Source: Polyangiales bacterium
Lineage (GTDB): Bacteria; Myxococcota_A; Polyangia; Polyangiales; Polyangiaceae
Assembly (NCBI GenBank): GCA_038230375.1
Contig: JBBRNJ010000048.1
Span: 1-64,000, forward strand
Length of the DNA stretch: 64,000 bases
Reading direction: 5' to 3'
The first letter of the stretch is position 1. Every line of letters begins with the position of its first letter. Below the pieces are notes generated by a model. The model was not told where the DNA came from, searched no databases, and saw nothing but the letters and a program-made list of their open reading frames with translations. Made by a program: the position numbers and the translations under genes. Below, in pieces: positions 29,853 through 40,956 of this stretch.

Positions 29853-30550
29853 AGGTCCTCGTCGTCGACGACGAGCCGCTCGCGCGGGCGCGGCTCATAC
29901 GGCAGCTCGCGAAGATCCGCGACGTCACGCTCGTGGGCGAGGCCGACAGCGGCACCGCTGCCATCAGGCTCGTCTCGCAGACCGCGCCCGACGCGGTGCT
30001 GCTCGACATCCAGATGCCCGGCGTGGATGGCCTTGCCGTGGCGCGAACCCCCGGCATGCCTGCTGTGATCTTCACGACCGCGCACGTCGAGTTCGCGACG
30101 CGAGCGTTCGATCTCGACGCAGTCGATTACCTCACGAAGCCCATCAGGCAGGAGCGCCTGGAGCGAGCGCTCGAGCGCGTCCGCAGAAGAGCGAGCATCG
30201 CACCGACGGCAGAAGCCGCAAGCTGCATCATCCCCGTGCACGGAACCAACGGCGTGAGCCTCGTGGACGTGACGAAGGCGCTGGCCCTGCGCGCGACCGA
30301 CAAGTACACGGAGGCGGAGGTGGACGGAGAGACGCACCTGCTTCGCGAGAGCCTGGACGCGCTCGAAGAACGCCTATCGGAGCGAGGCTTCGTGCGAGTC
30401 CACCGCAACGCGCTGGTGCAGTCGAACGCGATAAGGGACCTGTCCTCGGACGATGGCGCCCTCACCGCAACGCTGACGGACGGGACGCACGTCGAGATCA
30501 GCAGACGCCAGGGCCCCGCCATCCGCCGACTCCTCAAACTTCGACGCTGA
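29849..30550 (+). CDS. LytTR-family response regulator
   Basis: VVDDEPLAR, LLDIQMPG.DG, FTTAH, DYLTKP, FVRVHR, ISRR. Confidence 0.93.
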   Translation: MKVLVVDDEPLARARLIRQLAKIRDVTLVGEADSGTAAIRLVSQTAPDAVLLDIQMPGVDGLAVARTPGMPAVIFTTAHVEFATRAFDLDAVDYLTKPIRQERLERALERVRRRASIAPTAEAASCIIPVHGTNGVSLVDVTKALALRATDKYTEAEVDGETHLLRESLDALEERLSERGFVRVHRNALVQSNAIRDLSSDDGALTATLTDGTHVEISRRQGPAIRRLLKLRR

Positions 30551-30566
30551 CCTCGACCTCGACCTC
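30549..30566. repeat. Short (GACCTC)3 array in register with the stop codon
   Basis: TGACCT CGACCT CGACCT C. Confidence 0.7.
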
Positions 30567-30568
30567 AC

Positions 30569-30613
30569 AAAAGCCGGGCGCCGCGCATTCCCCCTTGGAT
30601 TGCGCGGCGACCG
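30569..30613 (-). terminator. Probable intrinsic terminator for the minus-strand gene
   Basis: Stem CGCCGCGCA (30579-87) / TGCGCGGCG (30601-09), short U-run on the minus strand, between convergent genes. Confidence 0.55.
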
Positions 30614-30640
30614 AACTGCTCGTGAACTCAGGAAGTCGTA

Positions 30641-31954
30641 TCAGTGTGCGGGGGTCTCGGCCGGAGTCTCGGCCGCTTCGGTGCTGTCACCACCGACCTT
30701 ATCGGGGGCGGTGGCGGGTTTGTTCTCCGTGGTCTCCGTGGTCGGCAGCGGCCACTGGCTCACGTAGCGCGGGGCCTCGCCCGGACCGCTCGCGTCGATC
30801 CACGCGGTGTGGCCGGAGCCTGCCTCGCGGACGTCCATGTGGACGAACGAGCTGTTCGGGTAGTAGCCGCAGCCGGTGTCGGAGATCGTCTTGCAGAACT
30901 CCGCGAGCTTCAGGTTGTCCACGCCTTCGAGGCGGAAGTCCATCGCGCGCCCGAGCGAGTGAAGACTCCCGGTCGAGGTGGGCCGCGAGCCCGAGACGAT
31001 CGCGACCTTGGGCGCGTGGCCGTCGGTCTTGAAGTGCTCGAGCACCTTGTCGAGCCGGAGCGCGAGGCCCGGGTCGACCTTCATGATGCCGGTCGAGAAC
31101 TCACTCGCCTTGTGCATGACCTTCGCGGAGTCCGCCTGCGGGCGGCTCACCGAGAACGGGCGGAGCACGACGGAGAGCTGCTCCTGCGCATGCGTTGCGA
31201 CTGTGCCGTCGCACTGTGTGAGCGGGAACGAGTCCACCTCGGCGCCACGCAGGAAGTCGACGCTGGCGTGAAGGCAGGGCGCCTTCGGAGCCACGATCGC
31301 CTTCGCGTCGTGCTTGGCGTCCGTCTTCGCGTCCTTCTTGCCGTGCTTCTTGGATGCCGGCTTCGGCTCCTTGGCAACGGGCTCGTGCGCGCTCGCGTTC
31401 TTCAACGCGGTGCTGGGTGACGGAAGCTCGGGCAGGTTCGAGTGCGAGGGCTTCGCAACGACCTGCGCCAGCGCGGACGACGGCGCCGCCAACTGCGGCT
31501 CCGAGTGCCCGATATCCGAAGACGGCTGGCCGTCGTGATCGCGCGCGCCCGGATCGACCTCTACACCAGCGTGTTCTGGGTGCTTGGCGTCGGACTTCTT
31601 GTCCGTCTTCTTGGTCTTGGAGGGCTTCGCCTCGCGCTCCTTGGTGGTCGCGGGCGTGCGCATCGTCGCCTGGACGACGGCGGGCGCCTTGTCGTGACCG
31701 TGCGCGCGGGTCTTCGCGATCGTGCGAGCATGCTGCTTGCTCGGCTTCTTCTTCGCCTCTTCCTTCTTGGACTCTTCCTTCTTGGCTTCGTCCTTCTTGG
31801 ACTCTTCCTTCCTGGCGTGGTCCTTCTTGGCGGCGTGTTCATGGGACACTTCCACCTTCACGGTGTCCTTCGCGCCATCCGCTTCCGGGGAGGCAAAGGC
31901 AACGTTCGAGGCGAGTGCAATGGCGAGAGCGAGAATCGAAACGACAGGCTTCAT
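30641..31954 (-). CDS. Secreted YcbK/DUF882 (peptidase M15-like) protein with long charged low-complexity N-region
   Basis: Signal peptide; IVSG.R, SLH..GRAMDF, GYYPNSSFVHMDVR; GGAGGA RBS. Confidence 0.75.
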   Translation of the reverse strand: MKPVVSILALAIALASNVAFASPEADGAKDTVKVEVSHEHAAKKDHARKEESKKDEAKKEESKKEEAKKKPSKQHARTIAKTRAHGHDKAPAVVQATMRTPATTKEREAKPSKTKKTDKKSDAKHPEHAGVEVDPGARDHDGQPSSDIGHSEPQLAAPSSALAQVVAKPSHSNLPELPSPSTALKNASAHEPVAKEPKPASKKHGKKDAKTDAKHDAKAIVAPKAPCLHASVDFLRGAEVDSFPLTQCDGTVATHAQEQLSVVLRPFSVSRPQADSAKVMHKASEFSTGIMKVDPGLALRLDKVLEHFKTDGHAPKVAIVSGSRPTSTGSLHSLGRAMDFRLEGVDNLKLAEFCKTISDTGCGYYPNSSFVHMDVREAGSGHTAWIDASGPGEAPRYVSQWPLPTTETTENKPATAPDKVGGDSTEAAETPAETPAH

Positions 31955-32110
31955 CGGGTCCTCCAAGGGGGAGTGAGCGGGAGCTCACGAGCAGGGCCAC
32001 CGTCCTACATCTCCCCACCAGAGACAAAAAAACGACTGCTTTTTTTCGCGTGATCGTGAAGCGCTTAGTGAAGCAACGCGCGTTGACCTGGCCCTGTAGA
32101 CTGCTCCGAC

Positions 32111-32548
32111 ATGACACTCCCCGAGCTGGATGCGAAGACCTTCGAGGCCCGCTATCGAGAGCTGCAGACGGCTTTCTCTCGCGGCACGGACAACGTCTCG
32201 TGCCTTCACTGCGAGCGTTGCGAGAAATGTGTAGAATGCACGTTTTGCAAGCAGTCGACGGGGCTCGTGCGCTGTCACTACTGCACCGAGTGCAAGGACT
32301 GCACGGACTGCTCGCACACGGTTCGCTCGTCATCCTGTCTGTCGTCTTCACATCTCGTCGAGTGCGAGCGCTGCACCCAGAGCGCGTACCTGGCTCGCTG
32401 CACGGGCCTGCGCGGATGCAACTACTGCTTCGGATGCGTGGGGCTCACCGCGAAGGACTTCCACATCCTGAACGAGCCGTACGATCGCACGACGTACTTC
32501 GACGTCGTCGGGCGGCTCTCCCGCGCGCTACGCCTTCCGGTGCCGTGA
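32111..32548 (+). CDS. Small Cys-repeat (CxxCxxC) protein
   Basis: 18 Cys mostly at 3-residue spacing, ending CNYCFGCVGL...FHILN. Confidence 0.75.
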   Translation: MTLPELDAKTFEARYRELQTAFSRGTDNVSCLHCERCEKCVECTFCKQSTGLVRCHYCTECKDCTDCSHTVRSSSCLSSSHLVECERCTQSAYLARCTGLRGCNYCFGCVGLTAKDFHILNEPYDRTTYFDVVGRLSRALRLPVP

Positions 32549-32549
32549 G

Positions 32550-33008
32550 ATGAGAGCCGTCGTACAGCGCGTCCGCGAGGCACGCGTCGTTGTTGATGAC
32601 CAGGTGACGGGCCGCATCGAGCGCGGCCTCCTGGTGTACGTGGGCGCAGGAAAGGGCGACACGCCGCGCGACGCCGAATGGTTGCTCACGAAGATCCTGA
32701 ACCTGCGCGTGTTCGAGAACGACGCTGGCAAGATGGACCGGAGCGTCGTCGACGTGGGCGGCGCGTTGCTCCTGGTCAGCCAGTTCACGCTCTTCGCCGA
32801 CGTGCGCCGCGGCAACCGACCCGGCTTCGACGCCGCAATGCCTATCGCAGAGGCAAAGGCGTTCTACGAGGCGTTCGTGGAGAGCGCTCGTGCCAGGATC
32901 CACGTGGAGACCGGGCGCTTCCAGGCACACATGCAGGTGATCTCCGACAACGACGGGCCCGTCACGATCTGGATCGAGAGCCCGAAATCGGAGACCATGG
33001 CTTCGTGA
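32550..33008 (+). CDS. dtd: D-aminoacyl-tRNA deacylase
   Basis: MRAVVQRV, LRVFE, SQFTL, GNRP.F, TGRFQA.M.V...NDGPVT. Confidence 0.95.
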   Translation: MRAVVQRVREARVVVDDQVTGRIERGLLVYVGAGKGDTPRDAEWLLTKILNLRVFENDAGKMDRSVVDVGGALLLVSQFTLFADVRRGNRPGFDAAMPIAEAKAFYEAFVESARARIHVETGRFQAHMQVISDNDGPVTIWIESPKSETMAS

Positions 33009-33496
33009 GCGAGCAGCCCAAGCCCGACGACGCGCGCGCGGACGATGCCGGTGAGGGCGTCGAGGCGGAGGGTGAGGTCAAGGCCAAGGGCGACGGCGAG
33101 GGCGAGGCCAAGGGCGAGGGCGAGGCCAAGGGCGACGGTGACGTTGCTACTGGCGATATTGTTTTCGACACCCTCTGGGCTCGTGTGGTGGAGGCCTGGG
33201 ACGACGACAAGCCGCATGGAGCGCTCGTGGAGTATGCGGTGAAGAACCAGAAGCTCCCGGAGCTCGCCGGCAAGTACAAGTCGATGACCAGCGATCCGGA
33301 GAAGAAGGCGCGCGCGCAGAAGCGCCTCGACGGCGTGGTGATGGCTGCGACCCAGCTGCTGTTCGCCATGAAGTCGCCGCCGGTGCCGAAGTCGAACAAG
33401 ACGATCAACATCATCGCGGTCCTGATGGCCGTCTCTGCGATCGCGTTCTTCGCCTACCGGCTCATGATGTCCCGGGCGACGTTGCCGTCTCCATGA
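33005..33496 (+). CDS. Hypothetical protein with C-terminal TM and N-terminal E/G/A/K repeat
   Basis: GTGA overlap with dtd; LW.RV..AWDDDK.H motif; TM at C-terminus. Confidence 0.65.
   Translation: MSEQPKPDDARADDAGEGVEAEGEVKAKGDGEGEAKGEGEAKGDGDVATGDIVFDTLWARVVEAWDDDKPHGALVEYAVKNQKLPELAGKYKSMTSDPEKKARAQKRLDGVVMAATQLLFAMKSPPVPKSNKTINIIAVLMAVSAIAFFAYRLMMSRATLPSP
33053..33145. repeat. Degenerate hexamer-period array (opposite orientation), including GAGGGCGAGGCCAAGGGC x2
   Basis: 18-bp duplication at 33098 and 33116; encodes EGVEAEGEVKAKGDGEGEAKGEGEAKGDGD. Confidence 0.6.
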
Positions 33497-34064
33497 GCGA
33501 CGCATGGAGCTCGCCCAGCCAGTCGAAGAACGCTGCGTCGTACGGTGGGTCGATCTCGCCCGCCGGGTAGCGTTCGTGCACGCGTGCGGTGAGCTGCTCC
33601 ACCAGGCGGACTTGCTCCTTCACGATCTCCGCGTGGGCGAGGCGTGCGGCGCGCGCGGTGTCGCGTTCGGGCTTCGCTCGGCCCTTCTCGAGCGCGCTCT
33701 CGCAGATGTAGACGTTGCAGGTCACCGACCGGCGCGTCTCCGGAATCGTGCAGCCCAGAGGTCCGTGGAAGACACACCTGGTGAGCCGCGGCGCGCCGCG
33801 GACGTCGGAGGTGCGCCCCTTCGTGCGCTTGAGGGGGAGCCCGCGCGAGGAGCGCACCAGGTTTCCGTTCGCGAGCTCGCCGAGTAGCCAATCTCTTCCG
33901 CCGTGTTGAACGATCCTCCCGAGGTCCGCGAAGCTGAGCGGAGGTGGCGCCACGCAGCAGCCTGCAGTCGAGTGCGGACAGTGCGCACACAGCGAAGATG
34001 TGATCTGGGAGTCCGGCCCAGCGAGAGTCAGGCGAAGCTCGAGGTTCACGGAGCGTGTCATCAT
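33462..34064 (-). CDS. Cys-cluster protein (YkgJ-like putative Zn/Fe-S binding)
   Basis: CAHC...GCC, CVF...GC, R..TC.VY.C. Confidence 0.6.
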   Translation of the reverse strand: MMTRSVNLELRLTLAGPDSQITSSLCAHCPHSTAGCCVAPPPLSFADLGRIVQHGGRDWLLGELANGNLVRSSRGLPLKRTKGRTSDVRGAPRLTRCVFHGPLGCTIPETRRSVTCNVYICESALEKGRAKPERDTARAARLAHAEIVKEQVRLVEQLTARVHERYPAGEIDPPYDAAFFDWLGELHASLMETATSPGTS

Positions 34065-34074
34065 CAGCGACCTG

Positions 34075-35118
34075 TCAGCGAGGAAGAATTTTCACAATCC
34101 GGCGCGCGAGCGCAAGCGCCGCAACCATCCCGCCGGGATCCGCGCCGCCGCGGGCGGCAAGATCGTAAGCAGTGCCGTGGTCGACGCTCGTGCGAACGAT
34201 GGGCAGGCCCAGCGTGACATTCACTGCCTCGCCGAACGAGAGGAGCTTCATGGCGAGCGTCGCCTGGTCGTGGTACATCGCGACCACGCCGTCCACGCTG
34301 CCCTTCTGCGCCAGACGGAACGCATGCTCCACCGGCAACGGCCCCGACAGCGTGACCATGTCGCCGATCTTCGCGGTCGCTCGGGTCATCGCCGGGATGA
34401 TGCGCAAGAGCTCCTCGCGCCCGAACTGCCCGTGCTCCCCCGCATGCGGATTCAGACCGGCGATCACGATGCGAGACCGTTTTCTTCGAGAAATCGCGGT
34501 CAAAAAGCGTGCAAGATGCACGATTGTCGTCTCGACGCGCTTCGCCGTGACGGCGCGAGGGACGTCCGCGAGCGCCAGGTGCGTCGTGACCAGCGCGGAG
34601 GTGAACGCCTTCCGTTCGCCCCGGAGGCGCGAGGCCTCTGCGGCAAACGCCATGGTCACGTCTCGCACCCCGCACAGCTTCGCAAGGTGCTCCGTGTGAC
34701 CGATGAACCCCTTCGCGCCCCCGCGCACGACGGCTTCCTTGCTGACGGGTCCCGTGACCATCGCCGAGACGATCCGCGCGCGCGCGAGCTGGCATGCGGT
34801 GTCGACCCAGAGGAGCTGCGCGCGACCACCAGCGACCGACGGCGTGCCGAGCACCCGCTCTTTCTCCGCGAGCGTCGGCCCCGGCTGGTACACGAATAGC
34901 GCGTCACCCTTGGTCGCACGCGCGAGCCCCGCCACGGACCGCACCGCATCCGCGCTCACGCGATGAACCGCAAGGTCGAGCCCCGCGTTCTCCACCGCAC
35001 GCACCACCACGTCGAAGTCCGCGACCAGCAGCACGTCGCGTAGGCGGCCCTGCGCAAGCGCGCGGACACTGACCTCTGGACCGATGCCCGACGGGCACCC
35101 AACCGACAACGCGAGCAT
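34075..35118 (-). CDS. pdxA: 4-hydroxythreonine-4-phosphate dehydrogenase
   Basis: G.PSGIGPEV, TGPVSK, GHTE, LVTTH, GLNPHAGE, AMYHDQ, RTSVDHGTAYD. Confidence 0.93.
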   Translation of the reverse strand: MLALSVGCPSGIGPEVSVRALAQGRLRDVLLVADFDVVVRAVENAGLDLAVHRVSADAVRSVAGLARATKGDALFVYQPGPTLAEKERVLGTPSVAGGRAQLLWVDTACQLARARIVSAMVTGPVSKEAVVRGGAKGFIGHTEHLAKLCGVRDVTMAFAAEASRLRGERKAFTSALVTTHLALADVPRAVTAKRVETTIVHLARFLTAISRRKRSRIVIAGLNPHAGEHGQFGREELLRIIPAMTRATAKIGDMVTLSGPLPVEHAFRLAQKGSVDGVVAMYHDQATLAMKLLSFGEAVNVTLGLPIVRTSVDHGTAYDLAARGGADPGGMVAALALARRIVKILPR

Positions 35119-35834
35119 CACGTTCCTCCTGGAGCACGCAGCTTGTAGCCCGCGCCGCGCAAGGTCTCCAGCGGAAGCGCGTCGCCGAACTTGGCGCGGA
35201 GCCTTCGCACGTGGATGTCCACGGTGCGGGGCCCGCCCTCGTAGCGAGCACCCCACACGCGGGCCAGCAGCTGCTCGCGGGTGTACACGCGGCCGCGGTT
35301 CTGCATGAGGAAGAGCAGCAGCGCGAACTCCTTCGCGGTCAGCGTCACCGGCCGGCCATCGAGCTGCGCTTCGTGTGCGGCGCGGTCGATCACGATCTCG
35401 CCCATCTTGAGCCGCTCCTCGGTGGAGAACTCGCTCTTCTTCCACTCCAGCATACGTATGCGTGCGTAGAGCTCCGCTGCGAAGTAGGGCGCAACGATGA
35501 AGTCGTCGAAGCCAATGCTGGGCTCCATGCGCGCGACCTGGCGCTCCGGGATCACGAGCAGCGCGGGCGCCACGGCGAGCTCCTCGTCCTTCCGGATCGC
35601 GCGCAGAGCAGCCACCGCGAGGTCCGGCCGATCCTGCGCCTCGATCACCACTGCACGAACGGTCGCGTCGTCCGCCAGCGCGCCGCGCGGGTCGTCCCAG
35701 AGATCGATCGCCACGACGTTCGCGCCCAGCCGGGTGAGCAGCGACGCAGCTCCGTCCTCGGCCTCGAGCACGGGACGATGTCCGACGACGAGCACGACAG
35801 CACGACGCGCTTCGCGATCCCCGACGGGGGCCAC
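35118..35834 (-). CDS. OmpR/PhoB winged-helix regulator with atypical receiver (GlnR-like)
   Basis: LTAKEFALL, REQLL..VWG, RTVDIHVRRLRAK, TLRGAGY; canonical receiver Asp/Lys absent. Confidence 0.85.
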   Translation of the reverse strand: MAPVGDREARRAVVLVVGHRPVLEAEDGAASLLTRLGANVVAIDLWDDPRGALADDATVRAVVIEAQDRPDLAVAALRAIRKDEELAVAPALLVIPERQVARMEPSIGFDDFIVAPYFAAELYARIRMLEWKKSEFSTEERLKMGEIVIDRAAHEAQLDGRPVTLTAKEFALLLFLMQNRGRVYTREQLLARVWGARYEGGPRTVDIHVRRLRAKFGDALPLETLRGAGYKLRAPGGT

Positions 35835-35843
35835 GACGGACCT

Positions 35844-37289
<1,446 letters not shown>

Positions 37290-37666
37290 GTGGGCAAGCT
37301 AACAACCTTTCGCCTTTGGTGCATCCTGACTAAGAATTCGAACATGAGCTGTTCTCGCTGCGATCGGACGCGCTTCGTAGCCGTGGATGTGCTGCCGGCC
37401 ACGGCCTGGAGCGGCGGCATTCCTTCGGGACGGGAGCACCTACATGCACGCCCACTGGTCCCACACGAAGGTCACGATCGGTGTGATCACACGGGAAGTA
37501 TGCAATCGGCGAAAAGTGCTGGTATTCTGTCCGTGGCTCTCCTTTGTGCCTCGACCTTGACCGTCCTCCCCGTGCTCTTCAAGGCTGCGCTCGTCCCGTG
37601 ATCCGGAACGAGAGCTTTTCCGCGCCGACACATCCATGTCGGACCGCTCAGGCGAACAGGTAATTC

Positions 37667-40600
37667 GTGGCGATCGACCGAGAAAAGGTCAGTACGGCCG
37701 CCCAGAAGTACGTCGAGAAGAAGAAGTACGACAAGGCGGTTCTCGAGTACCAGAAGCTGGTTCAGGCGGATCCCAATGACGCCAGAACCCTTCTGAAGAT
37801 CGGCGACCTCCAGCTGAAGATGGGGGCGCACGAGCAGGCGATCGCCACGTACGAGTCCGTCGGCAACCTGTACGCGAAGCAGGGCTGGGCGCTCAAGGCG
37901 ATCGCCGTCTACAAACAGATCCGCGAGATCATCGCGAAGCACGTCCCGCACCTGGACGAAAAGTACGGCCACATCGCGCCACGGCTCGCGGAGCTCTATC
38001 AGCAGCTCGGATTGATCAGCGATGCGCTCGCCGCCCTCGACGAGGTCGCCACCAAGCTGCAGCGACAGCAGCGCGACGGCGAGGCGATCGAGGTCTTCCA
38101 GAAGATCGTCGCGCTCGATCCCACGAATCCGCTGCCGCACCTTCGCCTCGCAGAGGCGCTGAGCCGCTCGAAGGACATCGACGGCGCCGTCTTCGAGTTC
38201 AAGACGGCGGCCGCGCAGCTTGCCGGCCTTGGTCGTCGCGACGACGCGCTGAAGGTGCTCGAGCGCTTGCTCCACCACAAGCCGGACGCGGAGCAGGCAC
38301 GCATCGCCGCCGAGCTCTATCTCTCGCGTGGGCAGCAAGCGGATGGAATGCAGGCCCTCGCCAAGCTGCAGATCTGCTTCCAGGCGAACCCGCGCGATCT
38401 GGACACGCTGCAGCTGCTCGCGCGCGCGTTCAACGCGATCGGCCAGGGCACGAAGGCGCTCGAGGTCCAGAAGGAAATGGCGCGCATCGCGCGCGACGCA
38501 GGCAAGACCGATCTCGCGCGCGAGATCATCCAGCGCCTGATGCAGCTCGCCCCGAACGACGAGGGCGTGCGCAAGCTCGCGCTGGGCTCCGTGCCCGCGC
38601 CCGCGCCGATCCACAGCCAGGCTCCGCAAGCGGGCATGACCGCGCCGCCGCAGGCGCAGATGATGACGCAGCCGATCCACAGCGGCATGGGTGGCGGACG
38701 GGGCGCGCAGCCGCAGTATCCGCCGCCTCCCCCGGCAGTCACGCGTGCCACCGCGCCCGCTCCGTTCGCACCCGTAGGACCGATGGGAAGCAGCCTCGGC
38801 GCCCAACGTTCGCAGGTCCAGTCCGGGCCCATGCTGACGGGCAACGCGCACGCGCAGGAGCAGGAGCAGGAGGAGATCGAAGAGGTCGACGAGCTCTCCT
38901 ACGAGGACGCGAGCGACGACATCGAGAGCGTCGATGACCAAGCGGACCTCGTCGACAACAACCAGCAGCAGGCATATGCCGGCGGGACGGGCGAAGCCGA
39001 GCAGGAGTACGAGGTCGACGGCCAGGCCTACGAGCTCAACCCGGACGATCCGAACTATGCGGATGCCGCAGCCGTCAACGAGACCGGGCACCAGGGACAG
39101 CACCCGAACGATGCTGGCTACGGCGATGCAACCGAGGCAGTGCCGGAGGGCGCGTACGGCGAGTCGGCGGACTCCGCGGACGCCGGCGGCGAGATCCAGT
39201 ACCAGGCCGAGGGCGAGTACCAGGAAGAGCAAGCCTACGCCGAGCAGCATGAGTACGCCGCCGACGGGGCTGGCGACGTCAACGGTAACGATCAGCAATA
39301 CGGCACGCAGACCGGTGAGGACGTGGGTGCGCAGCTGGCGCAGATCCTCGCCGACGCTCAGTCGTTCCGCCGCGTGCGTCTCTACGCGAAGGCGACCGAG
39401 ACGCTGCGCAGCGGCCTCGACATCGAGCCGCGGTCGATGGACGTGCGCGAGGCCCTGCGCGACACGCTCCTCGAAGCGGGTCAGAACGAGGACGCCGTGC
39501 TCGAGATGCTCGCCATCGCGGGCCTCTACATCGACGCTCTCGACGGCGAGAGCGCCGCGCGCGCGCTGCAAGACGTGCTTGCGCTCGACGCCACGAATCA
39601 GCGCGCGATCGAGATGCTCCAGGAGCTCGGCTACGAGATCGTGGACGAGAGCGAGGGCGACCCGCAGGACACCGACGCTGGCGAGCGCACCGCATACGTC
39701 CCGTCCGGCGCCGCGAGCGCGGGCGACGAGGATCGTCTTCCGTCGTACGACCTGGAGGAGATGGGTCCAGAGGACGTGTCTGCTCGCTACACGGGGGAGT
39801 CACGGCGCATCCGTCCGTCGTCGCAGCGACCGCCTCCCATGCAGGGCGAGGACGACAGCGCGCTCCCGAGCTTCCCGCTCGACGGCCCCGACGACTACGA
39901 GCCCGAGAGCCACGCTCCCTCGACGCGCCCGGGCGCTGTGGGCGACCAGTACCAGGAAGACCAGCAAGGTCACGACACCGGCGAGAGCTACCAGGCCACC
40001 GGGCAGCAGGCGAATGACTACCCGCGAGGGGGCGACGGCACTGATCAGCACGGCGCATACGACGAAGAGGCCGCGCCATCCACCGTTGCACCCACCGCGG
40101 CGTATTCCAGCAGCGGCGGCGGCTCCGCCGAGCTCGAGGAGGCGCTCGAGGAGAGCGAGTTCTTCGTTTCGCGCGGGCTCTACGAGGACGCGCGCGCGAT
40201 CCTCGCGGACCACTATGCTCGCAACCCGAACCACCCGCTGCTCCGCGAGCGCATCGCCGAGATCGACGCACAGCTCGAAGAGATGCGCGGCGTGCAAGGT
40301 GGCAGCGGCGCGCGCGAGCGTCCGCAAGAGGACCGCAGCTTCGACATCGCCGCGAACATCGACTCGCTCGACAGCATCGAGACCGGCGCGCCGCCGCGCC
40401 AGGCGTTCCAGGAGGAGCAGCAACAGGTCGACGTAGAGGAGGTCTTCGCGAAGTTCAAGGAGGGCGTCGCGGCGCAGATCAGCATCGAGGACTCCGAGTC
40501 GCACGAGAACCTCGGCATCGCCTACAAGGAGATGGGGCTCGTGGATGACGCCATCCGGGAGTTCGAGGTCGCCGCGCGCGATCCCAAGCGCGAGTGCGTC

Positions 40601-40939
40601 TGCCAGTTCAACATTGGCATGGTCGAGATGGAGCGCGGACGCATCGCCGAGGCGATCGACGCGTTCCTGCGCGGCCTGAATGCGCCCGAGAAGGAGCCTC
40701 AGCAGGAGACCATGCTCTGCTACGAGATCGGCGCCGCGTACGAGCAGATGAAGATGAACCGCGAGGCGCTCACGTACTTCCAGAAGACGATGCGCCGCGA
40801 CCCCGCCTACCGCGACGTGCAGGAGCGCGTGCGCAGGCTCGCCAAGCCAGAGCCGAAGGCCGCTCCCATCAAGGCGGCCGTGGGCGCAGACGACGAGTTC
40901 GATCGCGCGTTCGACGATCTCCTGGGCGGCAAGTCCTGA
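37667..40939 (+). CDS. Large TPR protein resembling the type IV pilus activator SgmX
   Basis: N-terminal TPR array (YDKAV.EYQK...DP.D.R.L.KIGDL), acidic linkers, C-terminal KFKEGV...H..LGIAYKEMGL TPRs; similarity recalled, not searched. Confidence 0.75.
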   Translation: MAIDREKVSTAAQKYVEKKKYDKAVLEYQKLVQADPNDARTLLKIGDLQLKMGAHEQAIATYESVGNLYAKQGWALKAIAVYKQIREIIAKHVPHLDEKYGHIAPRLAELYQQLGLISDALAALDEVATKLQRQQRDGEAIEVFQKIVALDPTNPLPHLRLAEALSRSKDIDGAVFEFKTAAAQLAGLGRRDDALKVLERLLHHKPDAEQARIAAELYLSRGQQADGMQALAKLQICFQANPRDLDTLQLLARAFNAIGQGTKALEVQKEMARIARDAGKTDLAREIIQRLMQLAPNDEGVRKLALGSVPAPAPIHSQAPQAGMTAPPQAQMMTQPIHSGMGGGRGAQPQYPPPPPAVTRATAPAPFAPVGPMGSSLGAQRSQVQSGPMLTGNAHAQEQEQEEIEEVDELSYEDASDDIESVDDQADLVDNNQQQAYAGGTGEAEQEYEVDGQAYELNPDDPNYADAAAVNETGHQGQHPNDAGYGDATEAVPEGAYGESADSADAGGEIQYQAEGEYQEEQAYAEQHEYAADGAGDVNGNDQQYGTQTGEDVGAQLAQILADAQSFRRVRLYAKATETLRSGLDIEPRSMDVREALRDTLLEAGQNEDAVLEMLAIAGLYIDALDGESAARALQDVLALDATNQRAIEMLQELGYEIVDESEGDPQDTDAGERTAYVPSGAASAGDEDRLPSYDLEEMGPEDVSARYTGESRRIRPSSQRPPPMQGEDDSALPSFPLDGPDDYEPESHAPSTRPGAVGDQYQEDQQGHDTGESYQATGQQANDYPRGGDGTDQHGAYDEEAAPSTVAPTAAYSSSGGGSAELEEALEESEFFVSRGLYEDARAILADHYARNPNHPLLRERIAEIDAQLEEMRGVQGGSGARERPQEDRSFDIAANIDSLDSIETGAPPRQAFQEEQQQVDVEEVFAKFKEGVAAQISIEDSESHENLGIAYKEMGLVDDAIREFEVAARDPKRECVCQFNIGMVEMERGRIAEAIDAFLRGLNAPEKEPQQETMLCYEIGAAYEQMKMNREALTYFQKTMRRDPAYRDVQERVRRLAKPEPKAAPIKAAVGADDEFDRAFDDLLGGKS

Positions 40940-40956
40940 GGTAGACTCTCGCGTCG

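Noticed and set aside
31760..31830. 30-bp direct repeats encoding KEESKKDEAK
   Set aside because: Ordinary coding low-complexity duplication, unrelated to the GAC motif.
32026..32046. A7...T7 inverted run as a terminator
   Set aside because: No GC stem, and it lies between divergent genes; more likely AT-rich promoter DNA.
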